Shown here: positions 1 through 9,314 of the stretch, piece after piece | Position numbering within the stretch: the stretch's first letter is position 1 | How the letters are laid out: each line of letters opens with the position of its first letter | Assembly (NCBI GenBank): GCA_963790825.1 | Contig: CAWBPM010000002.1 | Coordinates: 618,815-682,814 of the forward strand | Direction: 5' to 3' | Length of the DNA: 64,000 nucleotides | Source of the DNA: Candidatus Levyibacteriota bacterium | GTDB lineage: Bacteria; Patescibacteriota; Microgenomatia; Levybacterales; UBA12049 | Notes under the pieces: generated by a model | The model's database searches: none | Told to the model about the DNA's origin: nothing | Seen by the model: the letters and a program-made list of their open reading frames with translations, nothing else | Made by a program: the position numbers and the translations under genes

Positions 1-796
1 GTTTAATTTTCTGTTCAACTATATACTCATGGAATGATTTGAGAAACTCTGATCCATTATCTGTTTGGATTGTATGAATCGGTGTTGGATTATTGCACTG
101 GAACTGCTTAAAAACCTCTCTTGCTGTTACTGAGGAGAGATCCGGTACATATACAACTAAGGCAAATTTTGTGTAAATATCAATCACACACATAAACAAA
201 TGTTTCTCAAAATTGATATAGACAACTACTGAATCCATCTCAATAAATCCAGGAGAAACTACCTTAGGAGACTTTCTCACTCTTAGCTTTTTGAACTTGT
301 TTTTTTGTTTCTGTGGGTAGACTTTCTTCTCAAATGTTAAGTGACGTCTTTTAAGTACTTTCCCAATAGTACTTTCTGCCAAGGTCTTAATACCCAGCTC
401 TTTGGCATACGCATCAACAAAGGGCTTGAGCATACTTTTACCAATATTCCCATGCTCATGCCTCATCTCTCTAATGAACTCAATTATTCTCCAGTCTGTC
501 TCCATCTTTCGCACATGGAGAGGTCTAGTTCCGTGTGGCACTAAACTGATTGTCCTTTTTCCGTTGTGTTCATAAGCATTTCTCCAGTTGTATAAGCTGC
601 TCTTCTTTATTTTGAATGCAGCAAGGGTTGGACGCAGTCCATACTTGTAGTAGTGATTAATCACGTGAAGGCGAAAAGCAGCTACATCGGATACTTCAAC
701 TGCTAATGAATTCTGGAGCATTTTCATCAGTATATGATAGCTCTTTTGTGAGTATTTTGGTCGTAAATGTCTTACTCGTTTAAAATCACTTGGCAT
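1..796 (-). CDS. IS481-like (integrase core/rve DDE) transposase, 3' end runs off the window
   Basis: Not in ORF track; manual translation from ATG at 796: MPSDFKRVRHLRPKYSQKSY...PGFIEMDSVVV...CVIDIYTKFA...IHTIQTDNGSEFLKSF, i.e. HTH followed by rve motifs D...D(NGSEF). Confidence 0.9.
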   Translation of the reverse strand, partial: MPSDFKRVRHLRPKYSQKSYHILMKMLQNSLAVEVSDVAAFRLHVINHYYKYGLRPTLAAFKIKKSSLYNWRNAYEHNGKRTISLVPHGTRPLHVRKMETDWRIIEFIREMRHEHGNIGKSMLKPFVDAYAKELGIKTLAESTIGKVLKRRHLTFEKKVYPQKQKNKFKKLRVRKSPKVVSPGFIEMDSVVVYINFEKHLFMCVIDIYTKFALVVYVPDLSSVTAREVFKQFQCNNPTPIHTIQTDNGSEFLKSFHEYIVEQKIK

Positions 797-841
797 AGAA
801 TCTTCTTCCTTAAGATTCCAATATGTATCGTGACTTATTCA
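1..841 (-). mobile_element. IS481-like insertion sequence (partial); terminal repeat at about 818-841
   Basis: CCAATATGTATCGTGACTTATTCA (818-841) resembles the equivalent end of the second IS (49544-49570, TGGTACCTATGTATCTCAGCCTACTCA). Confidence 0.7.
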
Positions 842-910
842 ATCTATTTTTCCCTTTTGTTGTATTTGGAAAATTAGAAATCGGACGTTGTATTTTTTCC
901 ATACAGAAAT

Positions 911-1528
911 TTATTGATTTTCATGCTCCGACAGACGCATTATCTCCATATGTAAATCTCTAAATTTTTCTGCCAGTTCCAACTGGCTTTTTTTTACTGC
1001 TAACAAAAAATTCTTACCCCAAACACGAACGATCGTATCATCTATTATCGAATATGTTGTGCCATACGCGCCATAAACCCTATCTGGACTTGCCAGTGCC
1101 TCCTCATATACTCGGGCGGATTTTCCTTTCGGCGTTATTGTCGGTTTCAAATGTTCAATCGTGAGTCTTCCAATAGCTTTTCCCCGCAGACTTTCAAGAT
1201 ATCTGAAAAAATCCTGCCGTTTGGACTCATCTGCAATTAATTCAACCTCTCTAACTAATTTACTCTCAATGCTCGCCCCGATATATGCACGTGCTTTTGG
1301 TAATGTCCCGTCAGTTTCCCATACTTTAAGTCCAAAAACTCTTTCCGACAATGCTTTCTTCTCAGATGGAACAGAAAAAAGCTCAGACAAACGGATTTGG
1401 TCACCAGCTAGTTTCTGTGTCAACTCACTACCGAAACCAAACAAAGACATATCCGCAACCGTCAATACATCCCGTTTACGTCGTTCTTCCTCAGAAGAAG
1501 ACCGTGATTGCCCATCTTCTTTAATCAT
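911..1528 (-). CDS. hypothetical protein
   Basis: 205-aa ORF with GGAGGA Shine-Dalgarno before the ATG; no recognisable motif. Confidence 0.7.
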   Translation of the reverse strand: MIKEDGQSRSSSEEERRKRDVLTVADMSLFGFGSELTQKLAGDQIRLSELFSVPSEKKALSERVFGLKVWETDGTLPKARAYIGASIESKLVREVELIADESKRQDFFRYLESLRGKAIGRLTIEHLKPTITPKGKSARVYEEALASPDRVYGAYGTTYSIIDDTIVRVWGKNFLLAVKKSQLELAEKFRDLHMEIMRLSEHENQ

Positions 1529-1643
1529 ATTCCTCCCAATAAAACAGTTAATTTACTAAATCCTTCTTTTATGGATTGTAATTTCTGACCGGTAAAAATT
1601 TTCATATCATTCATTTTACAAAGAGATTCCGGAATACGCAACT

Positions 1644-1671
1644 TAATGTTAATTAACGTTAATTAACATTA
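1644..1671. repeat. perfect 28-bp palindrome TAATGTTAATTAACGTTAATTAACATTA
   Basis: Reads identically on both strands; contains GTTAATTAAC twice. Confidence 0.85.
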
Positions 1672-1689
1672 GGTTTTCTTAAAGTTTTC

Positions 1690-2214
1690 TTACTTATCCG
1701 GTTCGGGGAAATTTGTCTCTAAATAAGCAAATACCTTTGCGGATCGTTTACGAATTATATTAATAGCCGGCTCAACCATAGCTAAGTTTGGAAAAGATTT
1801 TGGGTTATGTGCTAAAAGATTCTCACGAATAGTTATATCATCTGCCCGCATAATTTCCGGTACAGAATGTTCTCCATATCTATACTTCATATCCCGAGGG
1901 AGAATATAAACATACAACAGATCGGGATTGACTCGTCCACGCAGTGTATGAAGCCTTCTTCCGACATAATTTCCCACCTGTCGCCTTATTTGATTTCTTT
2001 GCTCAACATCTAACGACTGTAATGCTTCTAATTCCCAATCATTATATCCTATGAATTCTGTCAACGTAATGCTTTTATTTGCATAAATAGCAGCAATTTC
2101 GTCTGAGACACCCACCTTTATGTATTGGTCTCGAGTCCGTTCAAAAGACGATTCTTTTGCTACAAAACGAGGAAATTGTTCAGAAAATAATCCCATATCG
2201 TTATTATAGGACAA
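1690..2214 (-). CDS. hypothetical protein
   Basis: 174-aa ORF; the likely start is the internal ATG (MGLFSEQ) preceded by TATAAT. Confidence 0.65.
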   Translation of the reverse strand: MSYNNDMGLFSEQFPRFVAKESSFERTRDQYIKVGVSDEIAAIYANKSITLTEFIGYNDWELEALQSLDVEQRNQIRRQVGNYVGRRLHTLRGRVNPDLLYVYILPRDMKYRYGEHSVPEIMRADDITIRENLLAHNPKSFPNLAMVEPAINIIRKRSAKVFAYLETNFPEPDK

Positions 2215-2242
2215 TTAGTTGACAATTACAAGTTATGCATGC

Positions 2243-2536
2243 TTATTTTCCTCCTCCGAGCAGTCCGCCTAATCCTCCGAGACCTCCGGTCATTGACTGG
2301 AGTTTCTTGGCTGCTACTTCCTGGGACTTTTTAATCGCTTCATTGACTGCATCTTTAATATTGTCATCAGACTTTCCGTTAGTTTTTATATTTTTTATTT
2401 TCTGATCCCCAGATATTTCAATGTGAACACCTGATTTTTCGACAATAATCGTCTCTGCCTGCAGTTGGCGCTGGATTTGCATTGCCTGATCCCGCATTTT
2501 TCTTAATTCTCCGATTTGTCCAAAAGGATTCATCAT
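2243..2536 (-). CDS. ybaB: YbaB/EbfC nucleoid-associated protein
   Basis: AMQIQRQL...VHIEISGDQKIKNI...AVNEAIKKSQE; directly downstream of dnaX. Confidence 0.9.
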   Translation of the reverse strand: MMNPFGQIGELRKMRDQAMQIQRQLQAETIIVEKSGVHIEISGDQKIKNIKTNGKSDDNIKDAVNEAIKKSQEVAAKKLQSMTGGLGGLGGLLGGGK

Positions 2537-2616
2537 AATCTATTCACCGCCTTTCTAAAAAGTATTATATATACAGACAAAATAAAAAATTTTTATACTT
2601 AATACATAATACAATA

Positions 2617-4305
2617 CTATTTTTGTTTTAATACAATTGACACTCCGATCGGTGTTCCTGTCAGTTCTTTACATATTTTTTGTAATACTTCCATAGTTTG
2701 CGTGTGACTGAGACGTTCTTTATGAAACTGATATGAGGTTTCAATAATAAGATCTTTTCTATCAAAGCTTTTTATGCTGCAGCCTCTCAGCACTCCGGCG
2801 GTAGTATGATTATGACCCTTCATCGAGTTAATAATGCATTTCCAAAATAGAGTAAGCCATTCCGGTGTAATTTCCCCTTCAGCAGAGTAGTTAAGTAGAT
2901 TGACTGACGCGATATCTACGATGCCGTCTCCATCCGTTTTTTGCTCGATTTCTCCGTAAAGGGCTTTGATTTTGGCAATATTGTTTACCTTTTTACGAAG
3001 TATCGCAACTGATACGTCATTTTCTCCGGAAGTTTTAGTAGCAGTTTTTTCATCTTTTTCCGAAGCAATCACGCTAATCTTTTTTTCATCTTTTTTTTCG
3101 CCTTCTATTTTTTCAAAAGCTTTACACCAGTCAATCAGCGCAATCTCAAGTGGCAATTGCAAAATCGGGGAATTTTTCATATCATTAGAAGCGAAACTGA
3201 AAAGACGAATGAGCTGTTTTATTTCCTCAATACCAAGCTTTATTTCATCTTTTTCAGTTTTTTCATCGGTTGTCACACCAACTTTTTGCAAGATTAGTAG
3301 ATGAAGTTCCTCCACCAATTCACCGGTAAAATATTTCATATCCATACCCTGGCTCACAAGTGTCTCAATCAGCTTTAGTCCTTCTGTTAACTTCCGCTTT
3401 TCAAGTATCCGAAGCATTGCGCTTAAATGAGATGCTATACCTATGATTTGATAGGTTTTATCTATAAATTCTTTTGTAATTTTCTTTCCGTTAGAAAGCG
3501 CCGTAACCTCTTCAAGGAGCTTTGTCGCATCACGAAATCCACCATCTCCCAGGTGAGCAATTTCCAATAATGCTTCTTCATCGATCTCGATTTTTTCCCC
3601 TTTTATAATCCGTTTCAAGGAACGGACGAGTTCCTGATCCGTCGCTTTCGTGAAAACAATCGTGAAACAACGGGAAAGAATCGTTGGAGGAACCTTATGC
3701 TGCTCTGTGGTGCAAAGAATAAACATTGCATGCTGGGGCGGCTCCTCAAGCGTTTTCAGAAGTGCGTTAAATGCTTCACTTGTTAACATGTGCACCTCGT
3801 CAATAATATATATCTTCTTTTTTGCCGAGATTGGAGATAAACGAATTTTATCTTTTAAGTCGCGTATTTCGTCAATTCCGCGGTTAGAAGCTGCGTCAAT
3901 TTCCAAAACGTCCAGGTTCGTGCCATTGGTGATCGAGACACATTGTATACACTTATTGCATGGTTCGATTTGATAAATTTCTTTATCTTCTAATTTTTGA
4001 TTTTTTATCTGTGTTTTTGACTTTTGATCCTTAACTTTTGACCTCCCTACACAATTAACAACCTTGGCAATGATTCGCGCTGAAGAAGTTTTCCCGAGTC
4101 CCTTGGGACCGGCAAAAAGAAACGCGTGGGGGACGGAATCCCACTCAGTGGGATGAGTCCGCCTGTCTTTCGACCCTGAGTTCAAGACCGAAGGGCCTGG
4201 CAGGGGTGGGGGATTTTTGGCTAGGACTGAAAAAAGCGTCTCCCGAACGTGCTTATTATCCAGTTCCTCAATTGTTTGGCCTCGATATTTTCTGTAGAAA
4301 ACCAT
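2617..4305 (-). CDS. dnaX: DNA polymerase III subunit gamma/tau (with two repeat-derived in-frame insertions)
   Basis: FYRKYR, HAFLFAGPKGLGKTS Walker A, CNKCIQC zinc motif, EIDAASNRG, IIDEVHML, LLKTLEEPP, SRC. Confidence 0.97.
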   Translation of the reverse strand: MVFYRKYRGQTIEELDNKHVRETLFSVLAKNPPPLPGPSVLNSGSKDRRTHPTEWDSVPHAFLFAGPKGLGKTSSARIIAKVVNCVGRSKVKDQKSKTQIKNQKLEDKEIYQIEPCNKCIQCVSITNGTNLDVLEIDAASNRGIDEIRDLKDKIRLSPISAKKKIYIIDEVHMLTSEAFNALLKTLEEPPQHAMFILCTTEQHKVPPTILSRCFTIVFTKATDQELVRSLKRIIKGEKIEIDEEALLEIAHLGDGGFRDATKLLEEVTALSNGKKITKEFIDKTYQIIGIASHLSAMLRILEKRKLTEGLKLIETLVSQGMDMKYFTGELVEELHLLILQKVGVTTDEKTEKDEIKLGIEEIKQLIRLFSFASNDMKNSPILQLPLEIALIDWCKAFEKIEGEKKDEKKISVIASEKDEKTATKTSGENDVSVAILRKKVNNIAKIKALYGEIEQKTDGDGIVDIASVNLLNYSAEGEITPEWLTLFWKCIINSMKGHNHTTAGVLRGCSIKSFDRKDLIIETSYQFHKERLSHTQTMEVLQKICKELTGTPIGVSIVLKQK

Positions 4306-4314
4306 AAAAAAAAT

Positions 4315-4377
4315 TAGAATCTAGAATTATAAATTCTAAACTAATTATGAATTCTGAATTTTGAATTCTAGATTCTA
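4315..4377. repeat. AT-rich heptamer element with 14-bp perfect terminal inverted repeats
   Basis: TAGAATCTAGAATT (4315-4328) and AATTCTAGATTCTA (4364-4377); the right end supplies the TAG stop of ybeY. Confidence 0.8.
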
Positions 4378-4761
4378 CTCGTGGTGCATGCCCAGTAAAT
4401 GTAATAATCCATGTTTTACCAGCTCATCAATTTTATCGTCAACCAACACTTCTTCCGCCGCAGCCTCCCTGATTATTTGCGGATATGCCAAAACAATATC
4501 CCCTAACCTGGTAATACCCTCCGGAAGTATTGCTTCTCCGCCTTCGTTAATTGGAAATGATAAAACGTTTGTTGTTTTATCTTTATCTCGGTATTTTTTG
4601 TTCAAAGATCGCATTTTCCTATCTCCCACAATTGCCACGGATACTTCAGTGGGACTACTAATATTATTTTCTCCAATTATTTCCTGAACAGCTTGTTTTA
4701 TCCGTTTTCTATTTACGCTATACCGACTTTCAACAAAGATAAGAACACGAATACTGCTCAT
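4375..4761 (-). CDS. ybeY: rRNA maturation RNase YbeY
   Basis: LNKKYRDKDKTTNVLSF, LGDIVL, HGLLHLLGMHH zinc motif. Confidence 0.95.
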   Translation of the reverse strand: MSSIRVLIFVESRYSVNRKRIKQAVQEIIGENNISSPTEVSVAIVGDRKMRSLNKKYRDKDKTTNVLSFPINEGGEAILPEGITRLGDIVLAYPQIIREAAAEEVLVDDKIDELVKHGLLHLLGMHHE

Positions 4762-4762
4762 A

Positions 4763-4945
4763 TTACATTGCTCTCCGTCTCATTTTGCGGGCTTCTTGCT
4801 CTTCAAGCTTTCTTCTCTCCTGTTTATTAAGGTGAAATTGCCGCCTTCTGATCTCAGGAATAATCCCCGCGTCAGTTACTTTGCGTGAGAAGAGTTTAAT
4901 CAGCTGATCTTCGCTTTGTCCCGGTTGTCGTTTTACTTTAACCAT
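4763..4945 (-). CDS. rpsU: 30S ribosomal protein S21
   Basis: MVKVKRQPGQSEDQLIKLFSRKV...GIIPEIRRRQFH; ATG at 4945; context next to ybeY. Confidence 0.8.
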   Translation of the reverse strand: MVKVKRQPGQSEDQLIKLFSRKVTDAGIIPEIRRRQFHLNKQERRKLEEQEARKMRRRAM

Positions 4946-5083
4946 ATACAAAAACACCCCCTTCCAAAAGGTACTCGCCTTCTATTTTACCTCAAATCGA
5001 CAGCGGTGTAAACAGGAGAGGCTGGAATTGGTTTTAGAAGTTTCACTGCAAATTCTGCTAGATCTTTTTTAGATCCTAACTAA

Positions 5084-5494
5084 TTATCTTTGTTGACTAA
5101 GAGATTTCTGTGGAGATTGTGTAAAGGCTCTTAGCCATTCCTCTTCACTAGTCTTTTCTATAAGAGCTTCTGTTGCCATTGAAATCCTGGAGACAGTTCC
5201 TGCTAGTTTCTCGAAATCATTGGTTTGTAATTGTTTCAGGTTTGGTTCTCCATGAAGAAGAGCCATAAAGCAGTTCATTGGGGTAGGTCGGGTTCCCCCT
5301 CTAGCATTGAATCTTTCTTCGTAAGAAGAGCCATAGAGACATGCTCCATATACCATAAAACTTATTGGTGTACGAACGCCTAACTCAGCCAACACGACGT
5401 TATCACTTGATAGTTGTGCATTGATTTCATTAGGAGACATAGCATTTACTCTTTCCTCAAAAGTAAGCACTCTGAATTGATCTCGCTCTGCCAT
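5084..5494 (-). CDS. hypothetical protein
   Basis: 136-aa ORF preceded by TGATATACT extended -10. Confidence 0.65.
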   Translation of the reverse strand: MAERDQFRVLTFEERVNAMSPNEINAQLSSDNVVLAELGVRTPISFMVYGACLYGSSYEERFNARGGTRPTPMNCFMALLHGEPNLKQLQTNDFEKLAGTVSRISMATEALIEKTSEEEWLRAFTQSPQKSLSQQR

Positions 5495-5572
5495 ACTTCA
5501 AGAGTATATCAAAAACATAATTAGGTTGCAAACTCAGCGCAATTTATGATTACGATAATATATATAAAGGAT

Positions 5573-5902
5573 TTATACTCCACCAGCGACTCCGCGCATG
5601 GGGCCTAGAAGGTGAATGTGCAGATGGTCAACGTCTTGATGTCCTCCGCCATTAATCACTATTTTATATCCCTTATCCTTTAAGTCAGCCTTATCAACCA
5701 TTTTCTGGACGACATGAAGCAGCTTCTTCCAAAGTATCTGGTCTTCAAGAACTACAAACTCCGGAATATGTTTTTTCGGCATAATTAACCAGTGGATAGG
5801 CTTGACGGGATGGATATTGGGGAAAACCACAATATCTTCGTCCTCAAAGATGAATTTCGCAGGAATTTTCCCTTCTTTAATTTTGCAAAAAATACAATTC
5901 AT
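5573..5902 (-). CDS. HIT family nucleotide hydrolase (HinT-like)
   Basis: CIFCKI...IPAK, QDVDHLHIHLLG histidine triad. Confidence 0.93.
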   Translation of the reverse strand: MNCIFCKIKEGKIPAKFIFEDEDIVVFPNIHPVKPIHWLIMPKKHIPEFVVLEDQILWKKLLHVVQKMVDKADLKDKGYKIVINGGGHQDVDHLHIHLLGPMRGVAGGV

Positions 5903-5992
5903 AAAAGAATTTAAAAATTATAATTCAAAATTCAGAATTAAGTATATAATTTTCAAATTCTAAATTCAATTCTGAAATATAAATTCTTAATT

Positions 5993-6892
5993 CTAAATTT
6001 TTTCAAGCACTTTTATAAGTTCTTCCAGGCTTAGTTTCGTCGGCACCATTTTCGGGTTTTTTGGTGTTCCGTTTAACAGCATTTTTTTGCTGACATGCAG
6101 GTACCAGCTAGCATCCGGATCAATTTTTTTCAATTTTTCATAGGCTAATGTTAAATCCAGATTGTCTTTTTCAGGATTTTCTGCCGGACGAAGTTTAATC
6201 CGCACATAGCTTTTTCTCGGATCTTTCCTAATAACCAGATTATATCCCATTTTTTGTGAAAGCTTCAGAACCGAATCGTTAATCGTTTTAAAGCCGATTG
6301 CTTTCCCCCATCTGGTTTGAAAAAGAATACCGTTACCGTCTATTTCCCGTTCTGCCCAAATTCTATTTTCAAATTCATGAACTACACTGTCCAGACAAAC
6401 TTTGCCAAACTCCACATAATATTCATCTTCATCCGGCTTTGCCAGTTTCAACCCTTCCAAAACACCGATAAGTGAAAATTCCTGGTAATCGGCAGTCGGG
6501 TTGTTCCAAAATATTTCGCGAAAATGATCAATCTCCACGACTATCTTGATTACTCTATCTATCGCTTTCATATGTTCAGCTCTTAGTACGTCGCCACTTT
6601 TCGTGATTTCTTCTCTTATATAGTCCCAGGTCCTGCTCGCCCCACAAATCGTCAGGTCCGATGTTTCGTGGTGATCGAGTGGTCCCATTCCCGTATCAAC
6701 ATGCACAATCTCGTCTTTGCCGACTTTTTGCATAATATCGCCCATGTCAAGCCCTTTTACCCGCTCAGATCTAAGTCCTGCTGCAACAAATTCCACCGCA
6801 GCGTTCTCCCATCCGCTAAGATATTTTTTAATGAGCCACACAGATGTTATCGCGTCCCAATCAGGCGACGTGTGAGTAACAATAATTTTCAT
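5993..6892 (-). CDS. DHH/Myg1-like phosphoesterase-fold protein
   Basis: IVTHTSPDWDA, HVDTG, LDHH motifs. Confidence 0.65.
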   Translation of the reverse strand: MKIIVTHTSPDWDAITSVWLIKKYLSGWENAAVEFVAAGLRSERVKGLDMGDIMQKVGKDEIVHVDTGMGPLDHHETSDLTICGASRTWDYIREEITKSGDVLRAEHMKAIDRVIKIVVEIDHFREIFWNNPTADYQEFSLIGVLEGLKLAKPDEDEYYVEFGKVCLDSVVHEFENRIWAEREIDGNGILFQTRWGKAIGFKTINDSVLKLSQKMGYNLVIRKDPRKSYVRIKLRPAENPEKDNLDLTLAYEKLKKIDPDASWYLHVSKKMLLNGTPKNPKMVPTKLSLEELIKVLEKI

Positions 6893-6993
6893 ACTAAAAA
6901 TAGAGTATAGAGTGTTTTTCCTCTGAATTCAATGAGCGAGAGATAATACTTGACAAATTATCAAGAATTACCGATCATAGATAATGAGAGCTT

Positions 6994-7494
6994 ATGGATC
7001 CGAAAGCATTTTCTCATCTTGATCCGAAATTAAAAGCAGCTTATGACCGCGTGATGAATACGGCAACCAAGCCAGCCTCGCCGAGCTTAGACGGACCTGC
7101 TTTGGCTCAACCTTCCACCTTTACATCACAGCCTCCTGTCAATCAGTCGCCACTCGTACCTGGAAACCAAACCCCACCTCCGGCTTTCACTCCTCCTCAA
7201 AATTCTGCTTTTTCTGCTTCTTCTCCTTTTCCTCAGGCAACACAGCCGTCTGTATCTCCTCTAACCTACCAGGTTAACGAAATACCGCAAGCCGAAAAAA
7301 CACTAAGTGCGTTGGCCCAAAGAATGTCTCAGGGCGGTCAAGTTCCCAGCAACAGTCACACTATATCTACTGCAGCAAGACATCAACAAGCTTCAAAAAC
7401 TTTACCGTTTCTGCTTATAGGTGCAGGAGCAGTTTTTCTTATCGCTTATGTCATTTTCTGGATGAAATTTTTCAATCTCCCCCTGCCATTTTAG
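6994..7494 (+). CDS. Pro/Ser/Gln-rich protein with C-terminal membrane anchor
   Basis: LDPKLKAAYDRVM N-terminus, low-complexity middle, C-terminal TM helix. Confidence 0.75.
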   Translation: MDPKAFSHLDPKLKAAYDRVMNTATKPASPSLDGPALAQPSTFTSQPPVNQSPLVPGNQTPPPAFTPPQNSAFSASSPFPQATQPSVSPLTYQVNEIPQAEKTLSALAQRMSQGGQVPSNSHTISTAARHQQASKTLPFLLIGAGAVFLIAYVIFWMKFFNLPLPF

Positions 7495-7561
7495 CCAGCA
7501 AATTACCCTTATTATAGTTCATTAGTCGAGTAGGATCAAATGATTTCAAAATCCAGACAGA

Positions 7562-7694
7562 TAAATCCTAAATACTAAGTTCTAAATCCTAAATAAATCC
7601 AAATGTTCAAAATCTTAATTTTAAAACAGTTTTGTATTTTTTTATTTGAATTTTAAAATTATTTAGAATTTAGTGCTTAAGGTTTAGAATTTTT
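7562..7694. mobile_element. 133-bp AT-rich MITE-like element flanked by 8-bp direct repeat CAGACAGA
   Basis: CAGACAGA at 7554-7561 and 7695-7702; imperfect long terminal inverted repeats built from AAATCCT/AAATTCT-type heptamers. Confidence 0.7.
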
Positions 7695-7744
7695 CAGACA
7701 GACGTTGAAATGCTTTTCTGCGCGGGCATGACAGAATGGAACTA

Positions 7745-7972
7745 TTAAACTTCTCCAACGTAGTCAAACCGGGGAACTTGCTTTCCATTCAAAATAACTT
7801 TTTCAGTGAACATTTTAAGAGGTCTTACCCATAATTTACTTAAAGGATTATCATAAAGTGCTTCATATACCACCAAATCTTCCAGGGTTTCGCTATGCTT
7901 TGCTATACCAATCACTCGATATAACTTACCTGTTTTTGTATGTTTGTACATTCCTAGTTTCAGTTTACTCAT
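7745..7972 (-). CDS. DUF1653 domain protein
   Basis: GMYKHTKTGKLYRVIGIAKHSETLEDLVVYEALY...LWVRPLKMF...PRF. Confidence 0.92.
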   Translation of the reverse strand: MSKLKLGMYKHTKTGKLYRVIGIAKHSETLEDLVVYEALYDNPLSKLWVRPLKMFTEKVILNGKQVPRFDYVGEV

Positions 7973-7996
7973 AAAGCAGGATATTTATTTTATATT

Positions 7997-9244
7997 TTAA
8001 GAAGATTTTGCGGCTTGTAATCTCTTTACAACTTCGTCTAAGCTAAGAAGTTCTGCGCCAGCCGCGTTTGATTCGGTTCGCTTTTTCCATTCAATTTTTT
8101 CTTGGGTCTTTAAGCTAATAACCAAACGAACCGGAATTCCGATCAAATCCGCATCGGCAAATTTCTCTCCCGGACCGACTGTTTCCCGATCATCATACAA
8201 AACAGAAATGCCGGCTTTTTGTAGCTCATGATAAACGTTCTCTGCTCTATGTTTCACTATTTCATCATCCAAATTTAAACCAACCAGATGTACTACATAC
8301 GGTGCGACTGCTTCAGGCCAGATAATTCCCTTATCGTCATGAAATACCTCAACTATTGCCCCCAGGAGTCTGGTGAGTCCGATGCCATATGCGCCAAACC
8401 AGGCAAACTGCTCTTTGCCTAAATTATTAGTAAAAGAGACACCCATTTTTTTACTATACTCAATGCCATATTTAAAAATATTTCCTACTTCAATCGCTTT
8501 TTTTGTTTCAATTTCCGGATCTTTTAGTTCTTCCTCGGTCATAATTTCTTTATTTTTCCAAAACTTCCAGCCTTTTTTAAAATAAATTGTGTCTTCTCCG
8601 CTTTCAGATATTACTTGAAATTCATGTGTATGCGAGTTGGTGAAAACTCCGCCCGCAGCTTCGACTACAATTGCCTCCAAATTCATCCTTTTGAATATTT
8701 TCAGATACGCGTCTTTAACTTTCCAGTAGTAATCGTTCATTTCTTCTTCCGTCGCGTGCAGACTATAAAGGTCTTTCATTAAGAATTCCCGCTCCCGTAA
8801 AATGCCGGATTTTGCGCGCAGTTCATTTCTGAATTTAGTTGACATATGGTATAAAAGCAGCGGAAGATCACGATACGTTCTCATATGTTTTCTTGCCACA
8901 TCAAGAAAAATTTCCTCGTGGGTAAATGAAAGTGTAAATTCTTTATCGTTTTTTTTAAGCTTGTACATCACTTCGTCTGCCCGGTCCCACCTTCCCGTTT
9001 CATTCCAAATGTCTTTCGGATGCAGAAGCGGCATAAGCATTTCAGAAGCACCTGTTCTGTTTATTTCTTCGCGAATAATATCCTCGATTTTCCGTTCAAC
9101 AATCCGGCCAAGCGGCAGTAATGTATACGAGCCCGCCATCAATTTATCAATAAATCCACCGCGAAGCAGATACCGCGCATTGATCGCTACTTCGTCTTTT
9201 GGCGCTTCTTTTATGGTTTTCGGGAAGTGATGGGAATACCGCAT
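7997..9244 (-). CDS. proS: proline--tRNA ligase (short form, no INS editing domain)
   Basis: THEE, KFRNELRAKSGILREREFLMKDLYS, IEVGNIF, YGIGLTR, DDR...GEKFADADLIGIP. Confidence 0.96.
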   Translation of the reverse strand: MRYSHHFPKTIKEAPKDEVAINARYLLRGGFIDKLMAGSYTLLPLGRIVERKIEDIIREEINRTGASEMLMPLLHPKDIWNETGRWDRADEVMYKLKKNDKEFTLSFTHEEIFLDVARKHMRTYRDLPLLLYHMSTKFRNELRAKSGILREREFLMKDLYSLHATEEEMNDYYWKVKDAYLKIFKRMNLEAIVVEAAGGVFTNSHTHEFQVISESGEDTIYFKKGWKFWKNKEIMTEEELKDPEIETKKAIEVGNIFKYGIEYSKKMGVSFTNNLGKEQFAWFGAYGIGLTRLLGAIVEVFHDDKGIIWPEAVAPYVVHLVGLNLDDEIVKHRAENVYHELQKAGISVLYDDRETVGPGEKFADADLIGIPVRLVISLKTQEKIEWKKRTESNAAGAELLSLDEVVKRLQAAKSS

Positions 9245-9314
9245 ACAGAAAGTATAGCATGAAGAAGGAAAATTTTATATAATAATACGCGCATATTTAT
9301 TAATATTTATTAAT

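Noticed and set aside
341-544. 67-aa plus-strand ORF
   Set aside because: Antisense shadow of the transposase at 1-796.
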